From Vulcanimicrobiota bacterium (GTDB lineage: Bacteria; Vulcanimicrobiota; Vulcanimicrobiia; Vulcanimicrobiales; Vulcanimicrobiaceae): a DNA stretch of 64,000 bases. The notes under the pieces are model-generated. The model had not been told where the DNA came from. It saw only the letters and a program-made list of their open reading frames with translations, and made no database searches. Every line of letters begins with the position of its first letter. The first letter of the stretch is position 1. Of this stretch, positions 10,708-20,727 are shown piece by piece. Made by a program: the position numbers and the translations under genes. The stretch lies in the NCBI GenBank assembly GCA_963695225.1, contig OY968762.1:2688001-2752000 (forward strand). Reading direction: 5' to 3'.

Positions 10708-11634
10708 GTGACGCCGGCCCCGCCTCTCGTCCTTGCCGTGCCGCTGCTCGCCGCGGTCTCGCCCGACTACGTCCTGACCCAGGTCTTCAACGGCTTCGTC
10801 AACGGCGGCTTCTACGCGCTCTTGGCGCTGGGTCTGAGCATCATCTTCGGAATGTTGCGCGTGGTGAACTTCGCGCACGGCACGATGTACATGCTCGGGG
10901 CGTTCGTCGCCTACTACGGGGCGCAGTGGGTGCATCTCCCGTTCTATGCGGCGCTGATCGTGGCGCCGGTCGTCGTGGGCCTCTTCGGGCTCGTACTCGA
11001 GCGGCTCTTCCTGCGCCGCCTCTACGATCTCGATCCGCTCTACAACCTGCTCTTGACGTTCGCGTTCGTCCTCATGATCGAGGACGGGATGCGGCTGGCG
11101 GCGGGCGCGCTCGGCTCGCCGTACGAGACCCCCGAATTGCTCGCCGGGGCGACGAACCTCGGGTTCACGCTCTATCCGACGTACCGCCTCTTCTTGATCG
11201 TCGTCTGCCTCGTGATCTGCGCCGGCGTCTATTTCCTCGTCGAGCGTTCGCCGCTCGGCGCGCGGATTCGCGCGGCGACGGAGAACCCCACGCTGACGCG
11301 TGCGTTCGGGATCGATACCGACAAGCTCGTGAGCGGCGTCTTCGCGGTCGGCGTCGCGATCGCGGCACTCGCCGGAGTTCTGAACGCGCCGATCACGAAC
11401 GTCACGCCGACGATGGGCGACGGCATCATCCTCAACACGTTCGCGATCGTCGTGATCGGCGGGCTCGGCTCGATCCTCGGCTCGATCGTCGCCGGCTTCG
11501 CACTCGGCGTCATCGTCGCCGTCGGGAACGTGTTCTACCCGCAGATCTCGACGACGCTCGTCTTCATCGTCATGGTGATCGTGATCATGTTCCGGCCTGC
11601 CGGCCTCTTCGGAACTCCCGAGCAGGCTCGATGA
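10708..11634 (+). CDS. Branched-chain amino acid ABC permease (LivH-like)
   Basis: GLSIIFGMLRVVNFAHG, VVIGGLGS. Confidence 0.9.
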   Translation: MTPAPPLVLAVPLLAAVSPDYVLTQVFNGFVNGGFYALLALGLSIIFGMLRVVNFAHGTMYMLGAFVAYYGAQWVHLPFYAALIVAPVVVGLFGLVLERLFLRRLYDLDPLYNLLLTFAFVLMIEDGMRLAAGALGSPYETPELLAGATNLGFTLYPTYRLFLIVVCLVICAGVYFLVERSPLGARIRAATENPTLTRAFGIDTDKLVSGVFAVGVAIAALAGVLNAPITNVTPTMGDGIILNTFAIVVIGGLGSILGSIVAGFALGVIVAVGNVFYPQISTTLVFIVMVIVIMFRPAGLFGTPEQAR

Positions 11635-12641
11635 CGCTCGGCTACATCCAAGGCCCCGCGGGGCGGATCACCGGCCTCGTCCTGTTCCTCGCGGGTTTGG
11701 CGTTGCCGTTCTTCGTCTACCCCGTCTTCGCGATCCACCTCGCGTGCTTCGCTCTCGTGGCGGTCTCGTTCGACCTCTTGCTCGGGTTCACGGGATTGCT
11801 CTCGTTCGGCCAGGCGCTGTTCTGGGGCGGCGGTGCGTATGCGGCGACGATCCTCAGCGGGAAGGCCGGCGCGCCGTTCCTCGTTGCGCTCGGCTGCGGC
11901 GTGCTCTACGCGGCGATCCTCGCGCTCCTCGTCGGGGCGATCTCCGTGCGGCGAAGCGGCATCTACTTTGCGATGATCACGCTCGCGATCGCGCAGATCC
12001 AGTATTTCCTCGCCTTCCAACTCGTCGATCTCACGGGCGGGGAGAACGGCATCCAGATCGCGACGCGCGGAACGCTCTTCGGCCTCTCGCTCGAGAACGA
12101 CCGCGCGTTCTACTACGTGGTCCTGCTGTTCGTCACGCTCGGCGTCGCGTTCACCGTGCGGGTCGTCGGCTCGCCGTTCGGGGCGGTCCTCACGGCGATG
12201 CGCGAGAACGAACAGCGCGCGCGCAGCATCGGGTACGACACGGCCCGCTTCAAGCTCGGCGCGTTCGTCATGTCGGGCGCGCTCGCGGGGCTGGCCGGTT
12301 CGCTCTTCGCGATCGGCAATCACCTCTCGGGGCTCGACGGCGTGGATTGGCACACTTCCGGCGCGATCGTCATGATGACGATCCTCGGCGGCATCGGGAC
12401 CATCTACGGCCCGATCGTCGGCGCCGCGCTCTTCGAATCGCTCGAGTTCTTCGTCTCGAAGACCCCGATCGGCGACAAGACGAACGTCGTGATGGGCGCG
12501 ATCTTCGCGCTCGTCATCCTCATTGCGCGGCGCGGCATCGTCGGCGAGATCCTCGCCCGCGCCACGCGCCGCAAGCCGGTCGCCGAAGAAGAAGATCCGC
12601 CCGGACTCCTCGGCGACCGCGAAGCGACGGCCGCGAGCTGA
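11631..12641 (+). CDS. Branched-chain amino acid ABC permease (LivM-like)
   Basis: GFTGLLSFGQA, YFAMITLA, TGGENG, RENEQRA; ATG overlaps the upstream stop (ATGA). Confidence 0.88.
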   Translation: MTLGYIQGPAGRITGLVLFLAGLALPFFVYPVFAIHLACFALVAVSFDLLLGFTGLLSFGQALFWGGGAYAATILSGKAGAPFLVALGCGVLYAAILALLVGAISVRRSGIYFAMITLAIAQIQYFLAFQLVDLTGGENGIQIATRGTLFGLSLENDRAFYYVVLLFVTLGVAFTVRVVGSPFGAVLTAMRENEQRARSIGYDTARFKLGAFVMSGALAGLAGSLFAIGNHLSGLDGVDWHTSGAIVMMTILGGIGTIYGPIVGAALFESLEFFVSKTPIGDKTNVVMGAIFALVILIARRGIVGEILARATRRKPVAEEEDPPGLLGDREATAAS

Positions 12642-12671
12642 CCCTTCGCTCAGCCGCGGGGCGGCGCGCGG

Positions 12672-13364
12672 TCAGACGCCGAGGTGCGCGAGCAGGTCCG
12701 ATTCGCGTTCGATCACTTCGGCGTTCGTCATCGCTTCCACGATGACGCCGTGCACCATGAGATAGTGACGGTCGGCGACGCGCGTCGCGAAGCGGATGTT
12801 CTGCTCGACGAGCAAGACGGTGATGCCGGCCTGCTTGATCTCGAGAATCAGATCCCCGATCGCGTCGACGATGACGGGGGCGAGGCCCTCCGTCGGTTCG
12901 TCGAGCAGGATCAACTTCGCGCCGCTGCGCAGGACGCGCGCGATCGCGAGCATCTGCTGCTCCCCGCCGGAGAGCGTCGTCCCCATCGCCTTCGCGCGAT
13001 CGAGGAGAATCGGGAAAAGGCCGTAGATGCGGTCGAGGGGCCAGGCGGCATCGCTGACGACCGGCGGGAGCGCGAGGTTCTCGGCCACCGTCAGCGTCGA
13101 GTAGATGCCGCGCTCTTCGGGGACGAAGCCGATCCCGCGCCGCGCGATCTGATTCGAGCGGAGCGCCATGATCGACTCGCCTTCGAACGTGATTTCCCCC
13201 TGCCGCTTGCGGACGATCCCCATGATCGATTTCAACGTGGTCGTCTTCCCCGCGCCGTTCCGGCCGACGAGCGTGACGACTTCGCCGCGTTGCACAACGA
13301 GATCGACGCCGCGCAGGATGTGGCTCTCGTCGTAGTAGGCGTGGAGGCCGCGCGTCTCAAGCAT
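12672..13364 (-). CDS. ABC ATPase (LivF-like)
   Basis: GRNGAGKTT, LSGGEQQML, LDEPTEGL. Confidence 0.92.
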   Translation of the reverse strand: MLETRGLHAYYDESHILRGVDLVVQRGEVVTLVGRNGAGKTTTLKSIMGIVRKRQGEITFEGESIMALRSNQIARRGIGFVPEERGIYSTLTVAENLALPPVVSDAAWPLDRIYGLFPILLDRAKAMGTTLSGGEQQMLAIARVLRSGAKLILLDEPTEGLAPVIVDAIGDLILEIKQAGITVLLVEQNIRFATRVADRHYLMVHGVIVEAMTNAEVIERESDLLAHLGV

Positions 13365-14106
13365 GCGAGCCGCCCAGGTATGCGTGGATCACGCGCTTGT
13401 CGGCGCGAACCTCGGGGTACGTCCCCTCCGTCAGGACGCGGCCGCGCTGCAGGACGGTGATGCGATCCGAGAGATCGGCGACGACGCTCAGATTGTGCTC
13501 GACGAGCACGACGGTGCGCCCCTTCGCGACGCGCTTGATCAAGCGCGCGATCCGCCCGACGTCTTCCGTTCCCATTCCCGCCGTCGGTTCGTCGAGGAGC
13601 AACAACTTCGGATCTTGTCCGAGCGAGATCGCGAGCTCGAGGCAGCGCTTGCGGCCGTACGAGAGTTGCACGGCGAGCGAGTTCGCCTGCGCCTCGAGCC
13701 CGACGTCCGCGAGGAGTTCGAGCGCGCGCGCGTCGAGCTTATCCATCGCCCGCCCGCCGAGCCAGAAGCGGGAAGGCAAATCGGTCCGCGACTCGAGCGA
13801 GACTTTCACGTTGTCGAGCACCGTGAGATGCGGGAAGATGCTGTTGATCTGAAAGCTCCGCACCATCCCAAGCCGTGCGATGCGCGGTGCGTCCATCCCG
13901 GTGATGTCCCGGCCGGCGAGATGGATCGTTCCGCTCGTCGGATGGACGAACCCTGAGAGCAGGTTGAAGAACGTCGTCTTCCCCGCTCCGTTCGGGCCGA
14001 TGATCGCGTGGATCGTCCCTTCTTCGACGGAGAGGGAGACGCCGTCGATCGCCCGATAGCCGGCGAACGACTTCATGAGGTCGCGCGTTTCGACGATGGT
14101 TGCCAT
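13357..14106 (-). CDS. ABC ATPase (LivG-like)
   Basis: GPNGAGKTT, LSYG, LDEPTAGM, AYLG C-terminus. Confidence 0.92.
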   Translation of the reverse strand: MATIVETRDLMKSFAGYRAIDGVSLSVEEGTIHAIIGPNGAGKTTFFNLLSGFVHPTSGTIHLAGRDITGMDAPRIARLGMVRSFQINSIFPHLTVLDNVKVSLESRTDLPSRFWLGGRAMDKLDARALELLADVGLEAQANSLAVQLSYGRKRCLELAISLGQDPKLLLLDEPTAGMGTEDVGRIARLIKRVAKGRTVVLVEHNLSVVADLSDRITVLQRGRVLTEGTYPEVRADKRVIHAYLGGSHA

Positions 14107-14163
14107 TGGGGGCGACTCGTTCGCCGCGTCGCAGGCGCGCGCCTAGAAAGAATGCAAGGACTT

Positions 14164-15081
14164 TTAGCGCACGCGCCGCGACGAGCGATACGCGTCGATC
14201 CATGCCTGCGTCGTCAGCAGCGCGCCGTTCCTGCGCACGGCGCGCAGGCGCCCGCGTTGCGCGGCTTTGTAGAGCGCATCCCGTTCGGCGCCCGCGGCGA
14301 AGGCCGCGACCGCGCGGAGATCGCCGCCGCTTTCCAGCGCCGCGAGAAGCTGCGCGAGCCCGGCGAGGATCGAACGGCCGATGACGCCGGCGAGCGGCCA
14401 CGGATCGCGCGAGTCGGCGCGCCGCAGCGCGGCGCGATAGCGTTCCGCGTCGCGCTCGCGGACGACGAACGGGGGGAGCGCGAGACGTCGCAGCAGCAGA
14501 TTCGTCACGAGCCTGACCGTCCGCCCGTTCGCCTCCGCGAACGGATGGATCCGGCGGAGGCGCTCGTGCGCCTCGGCGAGCCAAAGGAGGTGCGAGGCCC
14601 CCGCCTGCGGGCCGGGGCCGAAACGCGCGACGAACGCGTCGATCTCGCGCGGCACGAACCACGGCGGGGGCGGGACGACGTCTCCCGCGAGGCGTTCGAG
14701 CGTCGTCGCGCGCCACGTCCCCGGATGCGCACCGGCCGCGCGGCGCGTCGCCCGCGCGTGAAGCTCGACGATTTCCTCGAGGCGGAGGTACGGGCTGCGC
14801 CGGCTCGGGAGCGGTGCAGCCCGCAGGTAGCGGACCGCATCGGCGTAGTCCGCCACGGCGACGTACGCCTCGAGCGGGCGCCCGCCGAGCGCGACCCCAC
14901 GCGTGACGAGAGCCTCGACCTCGCCGGGCTCGAGGCTCGCTCCGGCAAGCGCAGCCGAGGCACGGATCTCGTCGAGGTAGAGCCGATCGAGGCTGCCGCC
15001 GGAGGCGCCGAGCGCTTCCAGCCGTGCGGCATCGGAATGGATCGCCGACTCGAGGCCGAGGATCGGTTTCGACTCGTTCAC
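14164..15081 (-). CDS. Fic family protein with C-terminal putative DNA-binding helix
   Basis: HPFAEANGRTVR (variant of HPFxxGNGRxxR); C-terminal LYKAAQRGRLRA. Confidence 0.8.
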   Translation of the reverse strand: MNESKPILGLESAIHSDAARLEALGASGGSLDRLYLDEIRASAALAGASLEPGEVEALVTRGVALGGRPLEAYVAVADYADAVRYLRAAPLPSRRSPYLRLEEIVELHARATRRAAGAHPGTWRATTLERLAGDVVPPPPWFVPREIDAFVARFGPGPQAGASHLLWLAEAHERLRRIHPFAEANGRTVRLVTNLLLRRLALPPFVVRERDAERYRAALRRADSRDPWPLAGVIGRSILAGLAQLLAALESGGDLRAVAAFAAGAERDALYKAAQRGRLRAVRRNGALLTTQAWIDAYRSSRRVR

Positions 15082-15161
15082 GTGTCCATTTTAGCGCAAA
15101 TGTGAACGAAATGGACTCCTAAAAGGAGACGTTCGAGCCCGCAGCGCCGAAGCCGACGCCT

Positions 15162-18100
15162 ATGGACTCGTACCTTCAGGCTCTCTCCAAGCGCGTGCTC
15201 GTTTTCGACGGGGCGATGGGCACGGAATTGATGGGGATGCACCTGGCGGAGCGCGATTTCGGCGGTGCGACGCAGCTAGGCTGCAACGAGGCGCTGGTCC
15301 TGACGCGCCCCGACGTCATCCGCGCGGTTCACGAGCGCTACTTCGAAGCCGGCGCCGACGTGGCGGAGACGGATTCGTTCACAGCGTCCCGCCTCAAGCT
15401 CGAGGAGTACGGCCTCGGCGAGCGGACGGCGGAGGTGAACCGGCGCGCCGCGGAACTGGCGCGGGAGGCGGCGGACCGCTACTCGACGCCGGAGCGGCCG
15501 CGCTACGTCGCCGGCTCTTTGGGGCCGACCGGAATGCTGATCTCGTCGAGCGATCCGACGCTTTCCAAGATCACGTTCGACGAACTCGCGGCGCTGTACG
15601 GCGAGCAAGCTCGGCACCTGGTCGAGGGTGGCGTCGATCTGCTGTTGATCGAAACGGCGCAGGATCTGCTCGAGATGAAGGCCGCGATCGCGGGGATCGT
15701 GCGCGAGTTCGAGCGCGGACTGCGGCGCGTTCCGATCCAGGCGCAGGCGACGCTCGACGTCACCGGCCGGATGCTGCTCGGGACCGATATCCGCGCGGTG
15801 ACCGCGACGCTCGATGCCCTGCCGATCGACGTCATCGGCTTGAACTGTTCGACCGGCCCCGCGCACATGCGCGATGCCGTTCGTTACCTCGTCGAGAACT
15901 CGCGCTGCTTCGTGAGCGTGATCCCAAACGCGGGCCTCCCGCTGATGGGGCCGAAAGGCGAGACGATCTATCCGGAGACGCCCGCCGAGATGGCGCGCGC
16001 GCTCTCCGCGTTCGTGCGCGAGTTCGGCGTCAACGCCGTCGGCGGCTGTTGCGGCACGACTCCGGCGCACGTCAGAGCGTTAGCGGATGCGGTACGCGGT
16101 CTGAACGGGCGGGCGCCGGAGCCGAAACCACTGCAATTCGCCGCCTCCGCGATGACGGCGACCGCGCTGCGGCAGGACGGTTCGCCGCTCCTGATCGGCG
16201 AACGCATCAACGCGCAGGGCTCGCGCAGGATCAAGCGGCTGTTGCTCGAGGAGAACTACGACGAGATCCTACTCGCCGGCCGCGAGCAAGTCGAGGGCGG
16301 CGCGCACGTCCTCGACGTGTGCACGGCGCTCACGGAGCGCACCGACGAAGCGATGCAGATGGCGACGATCGTCAAACGCCTCGCGCAATCGGTCGAGACG
16401 CCGCTCTCCGTCGACTCGACCGAGCCGAAGGTGATCGAGGCTGCGCTGAAGATCTACGCCGGCCGCCCGATCGTCAACTCGATCAACCTCGAAAACGGGC
16501 GAGAGAAGCTCGATATCGTGATGCCGCTCGTCAAGGAGGCGGGCGCCGCCGTCGTCGCGCTGACGATCGACGAGCGGGGGATGGCGAAGACCGCCGAGTC
16601 GAAGCTCGCTATTGCGAAGCGGATCGCCGGGATCGTCGTCGGCGAATACGGGATCCCGCCGGGCGCGCTGATCTTCGATCCGCTCGTCTTCACGCTCGCG
16701 ACCGGGCAACCGGAGTTCCTCGATTCGGCGGGCGAGACGCTGGAAGGGTTGCGCCGCATCAAAGCGGAGCTTCCGGAGGTCCTCACGTCGCTGGGCGTCT
16801 CGAACGTGAGCTTCGGGCTCAAACCCGCGGCCCGCGCCGCGCTGAATTCCGTGATGCTGCACCACGCCGTCGAGGCCGGGCTCGACATGGCGATCGTCAA
16901 CCCCAAGGAGATCACGCCCTACGCCGAACTCGGCGCGCTCGAGCGAGAACTCTGCGACGATCTCGTCTTCAACCGCCGCCCGGATGCGCTGCAGCGCGTC
17001 ATCGAACATTGGGAGAGCGCGAAGAGCCCGGCGCAGCTCGCCGCTTCGCAACAGGACGACGATCTCGACGCAACGCCCGAAATGCGGATCCGCAACGCGA
17101 TCCTGCGCCGCCGCAAGGACGGCATCGAAGCGAAGATCGACGACGTCTTGCGCGCGCGCGACGCGGTCGACGTCCTCAACAACGTCCTCCTCCCTGCGAT
17201 GAAGGAGGTCGGCGACAAGTTCGGCTCGGGCGAGTTGATCTTGCCTTTCGTGTTGCAATCCGCAGAGGTGATGAAGAAAGCCGTCGCCCATCTCGAGCAG
17301 TTCCTCGAGCGCAAGGAGGGGACGAGCAAGGGGAAGATCGTGCTCGCGACCGTCTTCGGCGACGTGCACGACATCGGGAAGAACCTCGTGCACACGATCC
17401 TCGCGAACAACGGCTACACGGTCTACGATCTCGGCAAGCAAGTCCCGATGGCCAAGATTCTCGAGAAGGCGATCGAGGTCGAGGCCGACGCGATCGGGCT
17501 CTCGGCGCTGCTCGTCTCGACCTCGAAGCAGATGCCGGTCTGCGTCGCTGAGCAGGCGGCCCGGGGCCTCGCGTTCCCCGTGCTGATCGGCGGGGCGGCG
17601 ATCAATCGCGATTTCGGCCGCCGTATCGGCTTCCTCCCGGACGCGGAGGACGGCGCTGCGCGGTATTTCGAGCCCGGGGTCTTCTATGCGAAGGATGCCT
17701 TCGAAGGCCTCGAGATCGTCGACCGGCTCACGGGAGACCCGGAGCGGCGGGCCGCGTTCGAACGCGCTCACCGCGCGGAGGCGGAGCGCGCGCGCAGCGC
17801 CGCGCGCTCGGCGCTCGCGCCGGCGCCGGGCGGCTCCGCCCGCGCCGCGCTCGCGCCGGCGGCTCCGCCCCGGGCGCCGTTCTTCGGGGCGCGCACGCTC
17901 GAACGTTTCGATATCGCCGAACTCTGGCCGTGCTTCGATCGCAAGAGCCTCTTCCGGCTCTCGTGGGGCGGGGCGAATGCGAAAGGCGAGGCGTGGGAAC
18001 GTCTGGTCGACGAGGAATTCGAGCCGCGCCTGCGCCGCTTCCAAGAGGCGGCCGAGGCGGGGGGCATTCTCGAGCCCCGCGCAGTTTACGGCTACTTCCC

Positions 18101-18647
18101 GGCGGCGGGCGAAGGGAACGACGTCGTTCTGTTCGCGCCGGAGGACCCCGCCCGCGAGATCGCGCGCTTCCCGTGCGCGCGGCAGGCCGGGGGCGAGCAC
18201 CTGTGCCTGGCGGACTACCTGCGCGAGAGCACGCCGCACGGCGCGAGCGACGTCGTCGCCCTCCAGGTCGTCACGGCCGGCTCCGAGGCCGGCAAGCGGA
18301 TCGAGGCGCTCCACGCCGCGGGGGAATTCGGGGAGAGCTATTTCCTGCACGGGTTCTCCGTCCAGGCGGCGGAGGCGCTCGCGGAATTCGTGCACGCCCG
18401 CATCCGGCGCGAATTGGGCCTCGGCCCCTCCCGCGGGAAGCGTTATTCGTGGGGGTACGGCGCCTGCCCGGATCTCGCGCAGCACGCGCTCGTTTGGGAG
18501 CTGCTCGACGTCGAGCGCGCGATCGGCGCGAAGCTGACGGATGCGTTCCAGATCGTCCCGGAGCAATCGACGGCGGCGATCGTCATCCACCATCCCCAGG
18601 CGAGCTACTTCAACGCGGCCGCCGTCCGCCAACTCTCCCCGGCCTGA
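15162..18647 (+). CDS. metH: Cobalamin-dependent methionine synthase
   Basis: DGAMGT, GLNC, GGCCGTT zinc site, pterin domain IGERIN, B12 motif GDVHDIGKN, RYSWGYGACPDL. Confidence 0.95.
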   Translation: MDSYLQALSKRVLVFDGAMGTELMGMHLAERDFGGATQLGCNEALVLTRPDVIRAVHERYFEAGADVAETDSFTASRLKLEEYGLGERTAEVNRRAAELAREAADRYSTPERPRYVAGSLGPTGMLISSSDPTLSKITFDELAALYGEQARHLVEGGVDLLLIETAQDLLEMKAAIAGIVREFERGLRRVPIQAQATLDVTGRMLLGTDIRAVTATLDALPIDVIGLNCSTGPAHMRDAVRYLVENSRCFVSVIPNAGLPLMGPKGETIYPETPAEMARALSAFVREFGVNAVGGCCGTTPAHVRALADAVRGLNGRAPEPKPLQFAASAMTATALRQDGSPLLIGERINAQGSRRIKRLLLEENYDEILLAGREQVEGGAHVLDVCTALTERTDEAMQMATIVKRLAQSVETPLSVDSTEPKVIEAALKIYAGRPIVNSINLENGREKLDIVMPLVKEAGAAVVALTIDERGMAKTAESKLAIAKRIAGIVVGEYGIPPGALIFDPLVFTLATGQPEFLDSAGETLEGLRRIKAELPEVLTSLGVSNVSFGLKPAARAALNSVMLHHAVEAGLDMAIVNPKEITPYAELGALERELCDDLVFNRRPDALQRVIEHWESAKSPAQLAASQQDDDLDATPEMRIRNAILRRRKDGIEAKIDDVLRARDAVDVLNNVLLPAMKEVGDKFGSGELILPFVLQSAEVMKKAVAHLEQFLERKEGTSKGKIVLATVFGDVHDIGKNLVHTILANNGYTVYDLGKQVPMAKILEKAIEVEADAIGLSALLVSTSKQMPVCVAEQAARGLAFPVLIGGAAINRDFGRRIGFLPDAEDGAARYFEPGVFYAKDAFEGLEIVDRLTGDPERRAAFERAHRAEAERARSAARSALAPAPGGSARAALAPAAPPRAPFFGARTLERFDIAELWPCFDRKSLFRLSWGGANAKGEAWERLVDEEFEPRLRRFQEAAEAGGILEPRAVYGYFPAAGEGNDVVLFAPEDPAREIARFPCARQAGGEHLCLADYLRESTPHGASDVVALQVVTAGSEAGKRIEALHAAGEFGESYFLHGFSVQAAEALAEFVHARIRRELGLGPSRGKRYSWGYGACPDLAQHALVWELLDVERAIGAKLTDAFQIVPEQSTAAIVIHHPQASYFNAAAVRQLSPA

Positions 18648-18683
18648 CGGGCCCGTCGGTCCCCGCCGCGGCGGGAGCGGCGT

Positions 18684-19049
18684 TCAGCGGAGGAGGCGCC
18701 GGTCCAAGAGCCACGCGAGCGCGCCGCCGAGCGCGCCGCACGCGACGTCGAACGCGTTCCACTTCCAGCTCTCGAGCGACCCGCCGGCGCGTTGCCCGGC
18801 TTCGATTGCGGCGCTGAAGAGCGCGACCGCCGCCGCCGTGGCGAGCAGCGGGAGGCGCCGCTTCCATTCCAGCGCGGCCCGGTCGAGTGCGAGGCCGACG
18901 ATCGCGAACGCGACGATGCTGTAGGTCTTGCGCAGCATGACGTGCCATTCCAGATAGCTCGGCGAGGTCGCCTCGTAGACCGCTCCGCTGAGCGAGAGCG
19001 CGAAGAAGACGGCCGCGACGGCAGCGGCTGCCGCCGTCCAACGTTTCAT
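18684..19049 (-). CDS. Small membrane protein, VanZ-like
   Basis: Hydrophobic helices, FSAAIEAGQ...DVACGALGG pattern. Confidence 0.55.
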   Translation of the reverse strand: MKRWTAAAAAVAAVFFALSLSGAVYEATSPSYLEWHVMLRKTYSIVAFAIVGLALDRAALEWKRRLPLLATAAAVALFSAAIEAGQRAGGSLESWKWNAFDVACGALGGALAWLLDRRLLR

Positions 19050-19074
19050 CCGGCGTACGACCTTTGCAGAGAAA

Positions 19075-19110
19075 TGAAGAAGGACAGCCGGCGCGTCGCC
19101 GGCTGTCCCC
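19075..19110 (-). terminator. Rho-independent terminator of the SLH-porin gene
   Basis: ggacagccggcg / cgccggctgtcc stem followed on the - strand by ttcttcattt, ~20 nt after the stop. Confidence 0.7.
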
Positions 19111-19131
19111 TTTCCGTGGTGGGTTTCGAGG

Positions 19132-20727
19132 TTAGAACGCGAGGCGGGTTTCGAGGAAGATCGCCTGCGCGTCGTCCTTCTTGAGGTAGCCGTTGGTCTG
19201 GGCGACGCCGCCGATGCTGTAGTTGATCGGCAGGACGCTGTTCTTCAGGTGCCACGTCTGCCAAACAACGCCGACCTGGGCGTTGCTGCCGATGAAGTGG
19301 TGGGCCCCGACGTATCCGATTTGATAGCCGTTGGGGTTGCCGATGAAGAACTGCTGGTAGTCCGGGGTGCCCGCGACTTCGTTGTGCGGTCCGGTCGAGT
19401 TCAGGCCGGCGTTGATGTAGCCGCCGTCGAGGTAGCTGTTGCCGGACTTCGGCGCGGTGTCGCCGAGGTAGGCCTTGATCCAGTACGCGAAGTTCCCGCC
19501 CCAGGTGTTGCCCGTGAACGGATCCTTGCCGAAGCGCTGCATGGCTTCGCCTTCGAGCGAGGCCTTCGAGTTGAACGCGTAGATCGCGTCGACCGACGCG
19601 ATCGAGATGTTCGGGTTGTAGGCCGAGACCAAGCCCGTCGCCGGGTTGTAGCCGGTCAGACCGGCGTAGTCGCTGAGGTCCGTGATCCAGCTTGCGCCGA
19701 CCGTGAGGGCCTTCGTCGCGTTGAACTGAGCGCGGGCGAAGAGCGACTGGCTGGCGGCGTTCGTGACCGCCGAGGTGTTGCTGACGGCAGCCTTGTTGAA
19801 GCTGTAGCCGACGAAGGCTCCCAGCTTACCCTTGGCATAACCGACTTCGGCACCGTTGAAGTAGTCCGAGAACGCGAGGCCGATGTCGCCGCTGGATTCC
19901 GCGAAGCGGCCGACCGTGGCGTACAGACCCGACGGGTCCTTGTACGTCAAGTTCGCCCAGTTCAGACGGAAAGAGCTGTTGTTCGGCATCGAGCCGAACG
20001 ACGGAGTGTCGCTGCTGGTGCCGTACGCGCCGTTACCCGGAGCGTTGGACAGATAGTAGCGATCTTCCAGGCGGATCGTGTACGAGACGTTGGGGTCCAC
20101 GACGCCGTCGAAGCGGATGCGGACGACCTGGTAGCCGGTTCCGTTACCGGCCTGGCCCGTCTTGAGGGCCTGATTGCCGCCGCCGTTCGACGGGCCGGTG
20201 ATCGCCGTGCCCGACGGAAGGGCGAGCCCTGCCGCGTTGTAGGCTGCGACGTAGTCCGTGATCGTGCCCGGTGCACGGAGGAAGTAGTAGAGCTTGAACT
20301 TCTGACGGTCAAGCGTCTTCTGCTGGGCGGCCACTTGGGTCTTCAGGGTCGCGACGTCGCTCTTGACGGACGCGAGGTCCTTCTTGACGCCGTCGAGTTC
20401 GACTTTGAACTCGTCTTCGAGCTTGCGGAGAGCGTCGAGGTCGGCAGGCGTCACCGTCTGCAGCGCCGCGAGCTTGTCCTTGACGTTCTTATCGAGGCGG
20501 GCGATCGCGACGGCCATTTCGTAGCGCGTCAGCGGGCGGTTGCCCTTGAAATAGCCGCCCGGATACCCTTCGATCAACCCGTCGGCCTGCAGCTGCTGGA
20601 TCGCAGTGTAAGCCCAGTGGTTGGTGGGGACGTCGCTGAAAGAAGTGTCGGCGAGGGCGATCGACGTGCTCATTGCAACCGCCAATGCCGCGGCTCCGAC
20701 CGCTTTCAGCATCTTGTTCGTGGTCAT
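19132..20727 (-). CDS. SLH-domain outer-membrane porin (OmpM-like)
   Basis: Signal peptide MTTNKMLK...ALA, SLH FSDVPTNHWAY...TRYEMA, coiled coil, beta-rich C-terminal domain ending in Phe; AGGAGG RBS before ATG 20727. Confidence 0.85.
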   Translation of the reverse strand: MTTNKMLKAVGAAALAVAMSTSIALADTSFSDVPTNHWAYTAIQQLQADGLIEGYPGGYFKGNRPLTRYEMAVAIARLDKNVKDKLAALQTVTPADLDALRKLEDEFKVELDGVKKDLASVKSDVATLKTQVAAQQKTLDRQKFKLYYFLRAPGTITDYVAAYNAAGLALPSGTAITGPSNGGGNQALKTGQAGNGTGYQVVRIRFDGVVDPNVSYTIRLEDRYYLSNAPGNGAYGTSSDTPSFGSMPNNSSFRLNWANLTYKDPSGLYATVGRFAESSGDIGLAFSDYFNGAEVGYAKGKLGAFVGYSFNKAAVSNTSAVTNAASQSLFARAQFNATKALTVGASWITDLSDYAGLTGYNPATGLVSAYNPNISIASVDAIYAFNSKASLEGEAMQRFGKDPFTGNTWGGNFAYWIKAYLGDTAPKSGNSYLDGGYINAGLNSTGPHNEVAGTPDYQQFFIGNPNGYQIGYVGAHHFIGSNAQVGVVWQTWHLKNSVLPINYSIGGVAQTNGYLKKDDAQAIFLETRLAF

